Shown one piece after another: positions 29,582 through 38,898 of a DNA stretch of 64,000 nucleotides. How positions within the stretch are numbered: the first letter of the stretch is position 1; each line of letters opens with the position of its first letter. The notes beneath the pieces are model-generated. The model saw only the letters and a list, made by a program, of their open reading frames with translations. It had not been told where the DNA came from and searched no databases. Made by a program: the position numbers and the translations under genes. Origin of the DNA: Deltaproteobacteria bacterium (GTDB lineage Bacteria; CG2-30-53-67); NCBI GenBank assembly GCA_013151235.1, contig JAADIO010000032.1, forward strand, positions 2,166-66,165, in the 5' to 3' direction.

Positions 29582-30214
29582 ATGGAACGACTCCCCGGGG
29601 TGAAACGATTTTTGAAGACCCACCAGAACTGGGTGCAGATGACCCTTCCAGGGCTGGTGATTGCGGGGCTGGTCCTGGTTCTGATCGTTCCGAAGGTCAG
29701 GCAGTGGTATGCCCTGCAGCAGGAGATTGGAAAGGTGGGCAGGCAAATGGAACGAGTCTCGATGGATTTGGCTTCTCTCCCGCCGGAGCGGCTTCAGCGC
29801 CTTGCCCGGGCCGATGCGGACGATCGGGAACGGCTGCCCGGCCGGGGTCGGTTCTACACCTACCTGGGGCACCTCCGGGAACTGGGCCGCTCCCTGGGGA
29901 TTGATGAGATCACTTATTTTCGGGGTGCAGTGGAACGGGTCGACATGGATGAGATTCTGGCTCGTTCGACCTTCAATGAGTTGCCCATCTCTCTGGATCC
30001 GGACTCGAATGTCTTGTATGGCATTCCCGTGAAGATCCAGTTTCAGGCCCCCTACCGGACCCTCTATCGGTTTCTGAGGTCGCTCCGGGGAGGAAAACGG
30101 TTGACCGATATCCGGGAAGTGCGGGTCAAAAAAAAATCCGGATCTCTTGCGGTGGAGATGAAGATGGAACTCTATTATCTTGTGAAAAATTCGGGAAGAA
30201 AAGATGCTGCGTAA
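29582..30214 (+). CDS. GspM/PilO-like bitopic membrane protein
   Basis: RBS 'GAAGGAG' precedes the ATG at 29582. N-terminal TM 'MTLPGLVIAGLVLVLIV' is followed by a coiled-coil region. The longest ORF starts at 29489 inside the upstream gene. Confidence 0.5.
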   Translation: MERLPGVKRFLKTHQNWVQMTLPGLVIAGLVLVLIVPKVRQWYALQQEIGKVGRQMERVSMDLASLPPERLQRLARADADDRERLPGRGRFYTYLGHLRELGRSLGIDEITYFRGAVERVDMDEILARSTFNELPISLDPDSNVLYGIPVKIQFQAPYRTLYRFLRSLRGGKRLTDIREVRVKKKSGSLAVEMKMELYYLVKNSGRKDAA

Positions 30215-30677
30215 CAAGGTCTTCTTCCTGCTCCTGATCGTGTCGGTGTTCTTCGCCGTTTACCGGAATTATACCTTTTTCCGCAAACGGTTCCATGCCA
30301 TGACACCGTCGGCGATGGCCTCTCTGCCGGTTTCGCCGGATCGGGTGCCGGGGGAGAAGAAAGAAGACAAAGTCGATGGACTCTCCACCGCCGACCGGCT
30401 CCGGTTTGCGGCGGGCGCAGGCCGGGACCCTTTTGTCCTTCCTGGAGGAGAGACTTTCGCTGTGCCGCAAGTGTCGTCGAAAACGAACCGGTTGCCCCGC
30501 CTGAACGCTGTTCTGTGGAGCCGGGGACGTCGGGTTGCCTTGTTGGATGGGGAGATCCATCAGGAAGGGGAGAATATCTCCGGACACAGGATCCTCCGGA
30601 TTGAGCCGGATCGGGTGATCCTGGCCGGTGGGGGAGGCGAGGTGATGATCGAGCTGAAAAAGGGGGAAACCCCCTGA
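30204..30677 (+). CDS. GspC/PilP-like small periplasmic protein with N-terminal anchor
   Basis: 157 aa with an N-terminal TM ('VFFLLLIVSVFFAVY'). Sits just before the secretin. Its start overlaps the previous stop. Confidence 0.4.
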   Translation: MLRNKVFFLLLIVSVFFAVYRNYTFFRKRFHAMTPSAMASLPVSPDRVPGEKKEDKVDGLSTADRLRFAAGAGRDPFVLPGGETFAVPQVSSKTNRLPRLNAVLWSRGRRVALLDGEIHQEGENISGHRILRIEPDRVILAGGGGEVMIELKKGETP

Positions 30678-30696
30678 ACACAAAGGAGGAAATCTT

Positions 30697-32283
30697 TTGA
30701 AAAATATCCGTATCATCCTGCCGGGGCTTTTGCTCCTCATCCTCTGGGGATGTGCCGCCGGGAGCAAGACGATCGCAAAGCCGGCGCTTCCGGAACAATA
30801 TACGCCGAAACCTTCCGTGCAGTCGGCCCCTCCGGGGGCCGAGTATCTCCTCCCGCAGATGGCCGGAAAGGAGTCGATCAAGGGAATCGACGGAGAGCGG
30901 TTCTCCATCGCCGTGCAGGATACAAAGCTCAAGGATGTTCTCATGGTTCTGGCCCGGGGCAGCCGTTATAATATGATCGTCGATCCCGCCATCAATGAAT
31001 CCGTTACCATTGACCTGAAAAAGATGACCATGGGAGAGGCCCTGCAGGCGATTCTTTCTCCTCTGCACCTGCAGTACACGATTCGTGGGAACACGATTGA
31101 AGTTCTCCGCCCCCGAATGTCGACCCGCGTCTTCACCCTGAATTATATTACCGCCAGCCGGACCGGTGAAACCGGGTTGATTGTCAGCAGCGGTGGGAGA
31201 GGCGGGGAAAAGAGCTCCGCCGGGGACTACGGTACCGTAAAGTCGACGAACAAGGTGGACCTCTGGGCGGAGATCCGCAAAGGCCTGAACAGCATCCTTT
31301 TCGGTGGCGGCGGAGAGAATGGGAGTGGTCATCAGGAAGAGCGGCTGGTGATCAACGAGCATTCCGGGACCATTCTGGTCACGGCCCTGCCGGCGAAACT
31401 GATGGAGATCGCCGATTTTCTGGAGCGCGTCGAAGGATCGATCCAGCGGCAGGTAATGATCCAGGCCAAGATTATCGAAGTGACCCTTTCCGACGGATTC
31501 AAGGCGGGAATCGACTGGGCGGGGATTCCCAATTTGCGGGGCTCCTTCGTGGGGAACCTTACCTCGGGATTGGCTGCTGCACAACCCCTTCCCGCTTCCG
31601 TGGTACAGCATTTGAGTCCGGGTACCGGCAACTTCCAGATCGGCGCCACCAAGGGGGATATCTCCATTCTCCTCGACATGATCGCCACCCAGGGGAAGGT
31701 TCATGTCCTCTCCAGTCCGAGGATCTCGACCCTGAACAACCAGAAGGCGATTATCAAGGCGGGGCGGGAGGACACCTTCTTCACCGTGAACAAGGAAACA
31801 AATACCGAGGGAGGCGTCCTGCAGGAAAATTTCAATGTCGACCGGGAGGACTACACCATCGGCGTGGTCCTTGATGTGACGCCCCAGATCTCATCCGATG
31901 GGACGATCATCATGAATATTCATCCCAGCATCACCGATTTTGTTGAGGAAAAGACCTTCCCTCCGGGGGCTGTAGGGGTTGACATCTTGGCCAATGCGCC
32001 CGTTCTTGATGTCCGGGAAGTCGACACCATGGTCCGAGTCAAGGACGGCGAGACGATTGTGATTGCCGGTCTGATGCAGGAAAAGACCGAGGAATCGACG
32101 ACGTCCGTTCCGGTCCTGGGGGATATCCCGGTGTTCGGAAAACTGTTCCGGCGGGTGGAGAAGAAAAAGGAAAACACGGAACTGGTGATCCTGTTGCAGC
32201 CGGTTGTTGCCGTCGGCAGAAGCCCGGAAGCTGTCTCCTTTTCCTCTGGTGGGACACCTCCTTTGACTCTGAGGCAACCATGA
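30697..32283 (+). CDS. secretin (GspD/PilQ family) outer-membrane channel, lipoprotein-type signal
   Basis: Lipobox 'LLLILWGCAAGS', N-domains, and the C-terminal secretin signature '..VPVLGDIPVFGKLFRR..'. Confidence 0.85.
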   Translation: MKNIRIILPGLLLLILWGCAAGSKTIAKPALPEQYTPKPSVQSAPPGAEYLLPQMAGKESIKGIDGERFSIAVQDTKLKDVLMVLARGSRYNMIVDPAINESVTIDLKKMTMGEALQAILSPLHLQYTIRGNTIEVLRPRMSTRVFTLNYITASRTGETGLIVSSGGRGGEKSSAGDYGTVKSTNKVDLWAEIRKGLNSILFGGGGENGSGHQEERLVINEHSGTILVTALPAKLMEIADFLERVEGSIQRQVMIQAKIIEVTLSDGFKAGIDWAGIPNLRGSFVGNLTSGLAAAQPLPASVVQHLSPGTGNFQIGATKGDISILLDMIATQGKVHVLSSPRISTLNNQKAIIKAGREDTFFTVNKETNTEGGVLQENFNVDREDYTIGVVLDVTPQISSDGTIIMNIHPSITDFVEEKTFPPGAVGVDILANAPVLDVREVDTMVRVKDGETIVIAGLMQEKTEESTTSVPVLGDIPVFGKLFRRVEKKKENTELVILLQPVVAVGRSPEAVSFSSGGTPPLTLRQP

Positions 32284-33248
32284 ATACCGGAGAATCAACG
32301 AGGGAACGGCGGGAAGGAGAAGGAGCCGGGTTGCACCTCTTCATGAACCGGAAAAGAATCCGGGGCTATGGCAGTCTCGCGCTGATGTTTCTCTTTGTCA
32401 TTGTCAGCCTGAAACTTCTCTTTCCGCCTGTGCCGGTAGGGGCTCTCGTGACGACAAACGAGCCCCTCATCCCGACGAAACCGCCGGTACAAAAAGGGGG
32501 AAAAAGGATAGACATCCCTGTGGCGGAACACCCGAAAATCGTCCGGAGAAAGCTGCCCGGGGAGTTCGCTCCTCCGGAAAAGGCGGAAGTCGGGCAGATC
32601 ACCATCTTGTCCCCGAAGCAGGCTGAAGTGAATGAGAAGACCTCCCGTAAGCTGATGGAACTTTCCACCTTTAATGAAGGAGTGGACGCGTTGGCGAGCG
32701 GAAACTACCTGGAGGCGGTGCTGAACTTCAACCGGACCCTCTCCGTTAACCCTCTCAATGTCCGGGCCTGTAACAATCTCGGGCTGGCCTTGATGGAAAC
32801 GGGAAAGGGGAAAGCCGCTGAAGAGGCCTTCCGCAAGGGGCTCGTCATCGACCCCGGGGATGTACGGTGCCTGAACAATCTTGCCCTCCTCTATATCCAA
32901 AGAGGAGAACCTGCCCGATCCCTCCCCTTGCTGGAGCGAATTGTTAAAGACCATCCGGGAGATGCCGTTGCCTGGACCAACCTGGGGGTGGCTGAAGGAA
33001 GAACAGGGAAAGCGGCTGCCGCCGAGACCGCCTACCGCCGGGCACTGAAACTGACCCCCGGGGATTACCGGGTCCATTTCAATCTTGCCCGAACCCTTGA
33101 AAAGGAGGGGCGGCTTATCGAAGCGATCTACTATTATCGGGCCTGTTTGCGGTTCCTTCCTTCGGCGGAAACCGGTCGGGCCCGGAAGGTGATCGCTCAT
33201 CTGAAACAACTCCGGTCATCCCTCACCATTCCCGCCGTCCGGAAGTAA
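32280..33248 (+). CDS. TPR-repeat protein (PilF/PrsT-like)
   Basis: At least six TPR units ('AWTNLGVAEGRTGKAAAAETAYRRALKLTP' and others). N-terminal TM/signal. Start overlaps the secretin stop. Confidence 0.8.
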   Translation: MNTGESTRERREGEGAGLHLFMNRKRIRGYGSLALMFLFVIVSLKLLFPPVPVGALVTTNEPLIPTKPPVQKGGKRIDIPVAEHPKIVRRKLPGEFAPPEKAEVGQITILSPKQAEVNEKTSRKLMELSTFNEGVDALASGNYLEAVLNFNRTLSVNPLNVRACNNLGLALMETGKGKAAEEAFRKGLVIDPGDVRCLNNLALLYIQRGEPARSLPLLERIVKDHPGDAVAWTNLGVAEGRTGKAAAAETAYRRALKLTPGDYRVHFNLARTLEKEGRLIEAIYYYRACLRFLPSAETGRARKVIAHLKQLRSSLTIPAVRK

Positions 33249-33467
33249 TTCTGCACATAAATGGTTGCAATCATTCACTGTAGGATTTCTTTTCAATCAT
33301 AACCTGCTGATTATAAAGAATTTTACGGTGAGACCCCGATTTTTCTCCCCAATCTGTCGGTTTTTCGTACAGGTTCCCCTTTGGTAGGGATGGGATCTGC
33401 GGCATTTGCCCTTTATCCATGCCGTAAATGTTCTGCAAAATGAATAGGTTACTGTAATATATTAATA

Positions 33468-33484
33468 TTGGCATCGATTATGCA
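33468..33484 (+). promoter_or_regulatory. candidate sigma-54 (-24/-12) promoter upstream of the PEP-CTERM gene
   Basis: 'TTGGCATCGATTATGCA' matches the GG-N10-GC spacing of the consensus TGGCAC-N5-TTGCW. It lies about 70 nt upstream of the ATG, followed by the RBS 'AAGGAGG'. Confidence 0.4.
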
Positions 33485-33556
33485 TTCATGCTATGCAGTT
33501 ATTGATTACTGCATTTTATATGGCTTGTTTGAAAAAATATTAAGGAGGTACGGATC

Positions 33557-34150
33557 ATGATCAAGAAAATGTGGAAAATTACGATGGTTGCCTTCCTCGG
33601 GGTTTTATTCTTGGCGCCGGATCTTTTCGCTTTCCCGGTGCTGGGATATGTCGATCCTGGTTTCGGTTCTGGCTATTCCTTGTCGACGACAAAGGTCGGG
33701 ACGGCCACTTACACATTCAAAAATCTTGTCTCCGGATCAAACCTGAATCTTCAGTCGATTTCTCTGGATTTTGAGAAAGATGTTTTTGACATGGACAACA
33801 CCTCTCCTGTGTCGGGAAGCCTTCCTCCGGGCTGGTACTTTGCTCCTCCTATAGACCTTGGAACATATTCTTTTCAGATTACATTTACGCCCGGATTTGG
33901 AATACCGGAAGGCGGAGAGCTTTCATTCCAGATGGATTATACACTATGGGATGATGCCCTTTCCCTGGATTGGGACGAAGGGGGATACTGGGAACAAGGC
34001 TTCGGAGTGAAATATACAGGTGTGCATTTGCTTGTACCCGGCGGTTCAACTGCTCCCGTCCCGGAACCTGCGACCATGCTCTTGTTCGGGATCAGTCTCA
34101 TCACCGTTGCCGGGTATGGAAGGCATCGTATGAACCGTAACAACAGTTAG
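33557..34150 (+). CDS. PEP-CTERM sorting-domain protein (exosortase substrate)
   Basis: Signal peptide 'MVAFLGVLFLAPDLFA'. The C-terminus 'VPEPATMLLFGISLITVAGYGRHR' is the canonical PEP motif, TM helix and basic tail. Confidence 0.9.
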   Translation: MIKKMWKITMVAFLGVLFLAPDLFAFPVLGYVDPGFGSGYSLSTTKVGTATYTFKNLVSGSNLNLQSISLDFEKDVFDMDNTSPVSGSLPPGWYFAPPIDLGTYSFQITFTPGFGIPEGGELSFQMDYTLWDDALSLDWDEGGYWEQGFGVKYTGVHLLVPGGSTAPVPEPATMLLFGISLITVAGYGRHRMNRNNS

Positions 34151-34185
34151 GGTGCGATTTAAAAGAGAATAAGGGGCTTTTCGGG

Positions 34186-34224
34186 AAGGCGTTTACAGTG
34201 ATTGTAAGCGCCTTTTTCTTGTTT
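34186..34224 (+). terminator. Rho-independent terminator after the PEP-CTERM gene
   Basis: Stem 'GGCGTTTAC' / 'GTAAGCGCC' with a 7-nt loop, followed by 'TTTTTCTTGTTT'. Confidence 0.65.
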
Positions 34225-34347
34225 GCCCGGCATGGTGGTAAACCCGGTTCCGGTAACCGGGACGTGACCCTGACCAGGGGAAAGACAACCGGAATCGCAA
34301 GGGAATTGCCGGCAACGGCTGGGTCTGGAGGAAGCGATAGGATGTGA

Positions 34348-34860
34348 GTGATACATATGGACTTGATCCGGCGTCCTGGGAGGGCAAGCGTGCAAGAGAT
34401 CACGAAGTCCGATCGCTGCTTGAATTTTTTTTCCGGTTGTGATAGAAAATGCGACATGGGGGGATCTTCAAGACCGCTGACAGGACTGATGAGCTGGGAA
34501 CGGGTGGATGAACTGATTAAGCAGATCAGGTCCATAGGTCCCTGGTATATCTTTTCTCCCGCGGAAGGGGTTGATTCACTCTTTGAAGCAGGGGGGGAGG
34601 AGGCCTCTCGTTTTCTCGTCGCCCGTACGGAGGAGTTGAAAGCTCGTCCCTATGGTCCCGGATGGGTCTACGTTCATTCCCCCGATGCCCCCTCTTGGAT
34701 CAAGATCTACGATCCCTGCAAATGCGGTTCTTCCTGCAGTATCACAACTCCCCCTGCTTGGTGGGAGATGGATTTGATCGATCCTGCGGATCGAATCGCC
34801 CCCGAGAATTCTTCGATGGAAGAAAAGAAGTTCCTTCTGCACTTTTTTAAGGGCAAATGA
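34348..34860 (+). CDS. hypothetical protein
   Basis: 170-aa ORF with no recognisable domain. It may be real because no competing ORF exists on the other strand and it is preceded by a structured GC-rich leader. Confidence 0.3.
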   Translation: MIHMDLIRRPGRASVQEITKSDRCLNFFSGCDRKCDMGGSSRPLTGLMSWERVDELIKQIRSIGPWYIFSPAEGVDSLFEAGGEEASRFLVARTEELKARPYGPGWVYVHSPDAPSWIKIYDPCKCGSSCSITTPPAWWEMDLIDPADRIAPENSSMEEKKFLLHFFKGK

Positions 34861-35187
34861 CACGCACCCGGGGGAAATCACGCACCTCCTGAGATTCCTC
34901 CTGCCGGTTTTTCCACATTCGACCTTCTTGCAACATCTGTGTTTGCGGCATGGTATGAAAAAAACTTCTCAAATTGGGAATTTTTTTTCCTATATTGGGA
35001 AAAAATTTTCCAATTCACAGATCGAAAATATCCAGAATAGAGCATAATCCATCCATATACCAGTAAAAACAGTCCTAATTATCTGTTTTTTGAGGGTATA
35101 TCCAAGTAATTGTGATTATGGCATCGTATTTGCTGTTATCGAGTATGGGAAGGGATGTTTCAGTGAGAAGAAAGGGGTGGTGTCGTC

Positions 35188-35634
35188 TTGAAGGAGCAAA
35201 CCGAGAACCGACAAACGAATCGAGATCGACGCCGGAAACCGACGCCGATTTTCAGTCGGCATACCTTTTTCGGTCGCAGGAAATTGAACCGTCGAAGCTC
35301 CGACAGACATTACAATTACTATGTTGATTTATACAGTGCCCGCCTTTTTCTCATCCTCCTTCTGATTGTCATCATGTCTCTCCTCGATGCCGGTTATACC
35401 TACCGGTATATCTCGATGGGCGGCAAGGAGCTGAACCCGGTCATGGACTATTTTCTGAGCCGGGGAGTTTTCTCCTTTTTTTCTTACAAGTTCGTGATGA
35501 CGGCTATCGGGGTTTTCGTCCTCTGTCTCCATAAGAACTTCCTCTTTGCCCGGAACATGATTTCCGTGATCCTGGTCAGTTATATCCTCCTCATGTTCTA
35601 CCATGTCTCCATTCTCTACGCTACGCTTCAATAA
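35188..35634 (+). CDS. small membrane protein, DUF5658-like (LxxxD..G..ELNPxM motif)
   Basis: 'SLLDAGYTYRYISMGGKELNPVMDYF' is followed by two further TM helices. The Arg-rich N-terminal extension is probably not all coding, so the true start is uncertain. Confidence 0.45.
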   Translation: MKEQTENRQTNRDRRRKPTPIFSRHTFFGRRKLNRRSSDRHYNYYVDLYSARLFLILLLIVIMSLLDAGYTYRYISMGGKELNPVMDYFLSRGVFSFFSYKFVMTAIGVFVLCLHKNFLFARNMISVILVSYILLMFYHVSILYATLQ

Positions 35635-35879
35635 AGGCAGAGGCACAGAGTTCAAAGGCAAACGTGGTCGCCACCCATCAAGATTGATACTGTGCACTAA
35701 TTATAATCCCCCTTTTCAATATGATTAAGAATTTCCAGTTCCCCGATCCCCAATCTCTGTCAAGGTCTGCTATCCAAAGATCTTCTTGACGGGCTCGGGA
35801 AGTTCAACTATAGTAAAGTTCCCGGAAAGGATTTTTGAGCCCTTTTCCTGCCGTTTTTTCCCAATTGCAGGTCGTTTCC

Positions 35880-36542
35880 ATGGAGTCCTTTACAAATATC
35901 GTCAAAAAGATCGATTCGGTCCTTTCGGTGAATCAGAATATTGAGATCACTTTTGACCATCCCGATTTCATGGTGGAATACAAAAGCCGGGTGGAGAGCA
36001 TTCTGACCGACGGCATTGCCGTGGCTCCACCCACACGCAGGTGTATTGACGTCGGTACCTCCTGCTGGGTCTATTTTTTGACCAAGGGACAACGCTACGG
36101 CTTTTCAAGCCGGGTGAGAGGCTATGGAAAGGAGCGGGTCGTCCTGTTGCTCCTAGCCCGCCCCCAGGAGATCCTGCGCCTTCAGCGGAGAAAATATTTC
36201 CGTGTTCCCGTCGAGATCCCTGTCGATTTCCAGGTACGGGAAGAAACAGAGACGTCTCTCCTGTCCGGTGTGATCCGCAACATCAGTTCCGGTGGTGTTC
36301 TCCTGATAGTCTCCCGGGATGTAGTTCCAGTGGGCAAAGAACTGCGGCTGCGTTTTACCCTGAGTTCCGAGATTTCCCTTACGGAGATTCCGGGAAAAAT
36401 CGTCCGTGTGGAAGAGGCGAAGAACGGAAAGAAATATGAATACGGTGTGGAGTTCATTGATGTCCATAATCGTCTCCGGGATATCATCATGCGTTTTGTT
36501 TTTAACCGCGAAATTGAGTTGAACCGTTTGAGGCGGAGATAA
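35880..36542 (+). CDS. PilZ-domain c-di-GMP receptor, YcgR-like (PilZN + PilZ)
   Basis: 'RRKYFRV' is the RxxxR motif and 'NISSGGVLL' the D/NxSxxG motif. About 220 aa, as for YcgR. Start chosen at 'MESFTN'. Confidence 0.7.
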   Translation: MESFTNIVKKIDSVLSVNQNIEITFDHPDFMVEYKSRVESILTDGIAVAPPTRRCIDVGTSCWVYFLTKGQRYGFSSRVRGYGKERVVLLLLARPQEILRLQRRKYFRVPVEIPVDFQVREETETSLLSGVIRNISSGGVLLIVSRDVVPVGKELRLRFTLSSEISLTEIPGKIVRVEEAKNGKKYEYGVEFIDVHNRLRDIIMRFVFNREIELNRLRRR

Positions 36543-36647
36543 CCTGCCCTCGTATCCGGGGCTCGGATCGTCTTGCGGAGCCGGCGGAAACTGTGATATA
36601 AATGCACAATCTCCTGTGACCTATCCTGTGACGAAAAGAGGGCTTTT

Positions 36648-38393
36648 ATGGAAGATTCTACGGGTAGTTTTACCTTTGTATTGCATGCACATCTTCCCTA
36701 TGTGGCTTCTCACGGGAAGTGGCCCCACGGTACCGACTGGCTGAATGAAGCGGCTGCCGAAACCTATCTCCCCCTGCTGAACGTATTTCACCGGCTCCTT
36801 CAGGAGGGACTCACCCCCCGGGTGACCCTCGGCATTACGCCCGTTCTGACGGAGCAATTAGCGGATCCGGGTTTTAAGGAAGAATTTAAGACCTACCTTG
36901 TCCAGAAGCGGGAAGCAGCCCGTGCCGATCAGCGGGAGTTTCAGCGGACCGGAGAAAAACATCTCCGTGAAGTTGCTCTTTACTGGGAAGAGGTCTTTGA
37001 CGCACGATTACGGGAATTCACCAAAATCTACGGGGAGGACCTGGTCGGGGCCTTCCGGTCGTTGCAGGATCGGGGGGCGATCGAGATCATCACCTGCGGT
37101 GCCACCCATGGTTATCTCCCGCTGATTGGAAGGGACGAATGTGTTCAGGCACAGATCCGGCAGGCCGTCCGTTCCTATGAACGGCATTACGGTAGGCGGC
37201 CGCGGGGAATCTGGCTGCCGGAATGTGCCTATCGGCCCCGGTATGAATGGAAACGGCCCCTGAAGGAGAATGTCAAGGATCCTGCCGTTCTTCGGAAGGG
37301 GGTGGAGGAATTCCTGGGCGAAGAGGAAATCGACTTCTTTGTGATCGATGCTCACCTCCTGCGGGGCGGGAAGGCGATTGGGGTTTATCTCGACCGGTTC
37401 GAGGGATTGCAGCGGCTCTGGGGACAGTTTGCCGACCGCTACAGCCCGACAAAGGAAAATACGGAACGTTCACCCTATCACTCTTACTATGTCGGCTCCT
37501 TCGGGGAGGAAAAAAAACGTCCTGTTTCGGTCCTCACCCGGGATCCCCGGACAGGGATTCAGGTCTGGAGTGGAGAGCACGGGTACCCCGGCAATCCGGA
37601 TTATCTCGACTTTCACAAGAAACATTTTCCCGGCGGTCACCGCTACTGGCGTGTGACCGATGCGAAAGCGGACCTGGCCGACAAGCAGCCCTACGACCCC
37701 CGGAAGGTGCCGGAGATCGTGAGTCAACAGGCGGAACATTTCGTCGAACTGGTCAGGGAGATTCTTGCCGAGGCCCGGAAGAAAGGAGTGGAACAACCGT
37801 TGTTAACGGCTCCCTACGATGCAGAACTCTTCGGTCATTGGTGGTATGAAGGACCGGAATGGCTCTATGAGGTTCTGAAAAGACTCGACCGTGATCTTGA
37901 GGTCGATTTGACGACCGGTTCCCGTTATCTTTCCCGCTGTCCGAACACTACCGTGATCTCCCTGCCGGAAGGCTCCTGGGGGGAGGGAGGGTTTCACTGG
38001 ATCTGGCTCAATGAATGGACGGAGTGGGCCTGGAAGAAAATCTACGCGGCGGAGGACCGGATGGTGGATCTGGCCGGCCGGTTCCGGGGCCGGACGGAGA
38101 TTCCCCTGGTGCGGGTCTTAAATCAGCTTGCACGGGAACTCCTGCTTCTTGAAAGCTCGGACTGGCCCTTCTTGATCAGTACTCTGAGTGCCGGGGATTA
38201 CGCCGAACTGCGAATCACTGAGCATGTGGAGGCCTTTCGAAGACTCGCCGATCTGGCGGAAAAAGTTGCGGAACGGAAGGGATTCAAAGAGGAGGAAGAA
38301 GAGATGCTGACTCTTTACGAGACACAGGACCACCTTTTTCCCGATATTGATTATCGTTGGTGGGCCGAGGTTGATTATCCGGTTCGGGCGTAG
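36648..38393 (+). CDS. glycoside hydrolase family 57 protein (1,4-alpha-glucan branching enzyme-like)
   Basis: N-terminal 'FVLHAHLPYV' and a GH57 catalytic core (Glu/Asp region 'WLPECAY'). 581 aa. Confidence 0.75.
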   Translation: MEDSTGSFTFVLHAHLPYVASHGKWPHGTDWLNEAAAETYLPLLNVFHRLLQEGLTPRVTLGITPVLTEQLADPGFKEEFKTYLVQKREAARADQREFQRTGEKHLREVALYWEEVFDARLREFTKIYGEDLVGAFRSLQDRGAIEIITCGATHGYLPLIGRDECVQAQIRQAVRSYERHYGRRPRGIWLPECAYRPRYEWKRPLKENVKDPAVLRKGVEEFLGEEEIDFFVIDAHLLRGGKAIGVYLDRFEGLQRLWGQFADRYSPTKENTERSPYHSYYVGSFGEEKKRPVSVLTRDPRTGIQVWSGEHGYPGNPDYLDFHKKHFPGGHRYWRVTDAKADLADKQPYDPRKVPEIVSQQAEHFVELVREILAEARKKGVEQPLLTAPYDAELFGHWWYEGPEWLYEVLKRLDRDLEVDLTTGSRYLSRCPNTTVISLPEGSWGEGGFHWIWLNEWTEWAWKKIYAAEDRMVDLAGRFRGRTEIPLVRVLNQLARELLLLESSDWPFLISTLSAGDYAELRITEHVEAFRRLADLAEKVAERKGFKEEEEEMLTLYETQDHLFPDIDYRWWAEVDYPVRA

Positions 38394-38431
38394 CATCTTT
38401 TCAGCAACAACAGTAGTCGCAGGGAGGAGAA

Positions 38432-38875
38432 GTGATGCCGGAAGAGAAGAAGGAAAAAAGTTTTGTTTTTGTGGACAAGCGCAAGGTGACGGAACGTGAG
38501 GATTCGGAGCCGAAGGCCGGTACGAAACCGCCGACAGTGAGCGCCGAAGGATCAACGGACCCGCAGGCAGCCCCGGGACCCTCGGCGGAAACGCAAGAGG
38601 AGCGGGGCCGGGAAGAACCGCTCCCCGAGATTGATTTCAACTCCTTTATTCTTTCTCTTAGCAGTTCGGCCATGATGCACTTGGGACTGCTGGCCAACCC
38701 CGTGACGGAGAAGACGGAAGAGAATCTGCCCCTGGCCAAACAGACGATCGATATTATTTCAATGCTCCGAAAAAAAACCGAGGGAAACCTGAGAGATGAA
38801 GAATCAAAATTTCTCGAAGCGATCCTCTATGACCTTCGCATGAACTTTGTGAAAATCAGTCGGCGGAAAGATTAA
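38432..38875 (+). CDS. DUF1844-domain protein
   Basis: 'FNSFILSLSSSAMMHLGL' is a DUF1844-type core, preceded by an acidic low-complexity N-terminus. Confidence 0.55.
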   Translation: MMPEEKKEKSFVFVDKRKVTEREDSEPKAGTKPPTVSAEGSTDPQAAPGPSAETQEERGREEPLPEIDFNSFILSLSSSAMMHLGLLANPVTEKTEENLPLAKQTIDIISMLRKKTEGNLRDEESKFLEAILYDLRMNFVKISRRKD

Positions 38876-38898
38876 CCGGGATAGAAGGGGAGACGGCT

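Noticed and set aside
30175-31704. 509-aa minus-strand ORF (and the 29465..30217 and 30126..30944 minus ORFs)
   Set aside because: These are antisense to the GspM/GspC-like and secretin genes. The translations are Arg/Pro/Gly-rich low complexity with no domains.
34225-34347. Riboswitch identity (cobalamin or c-di-GMP-II) for the GC-rich leader
   Set aside because: It lacks the B12 box and the GGGAA/CACTG pattern, and lacks the c-di-GMP-II conserved junction. It is kept only as an unexplained structured region.
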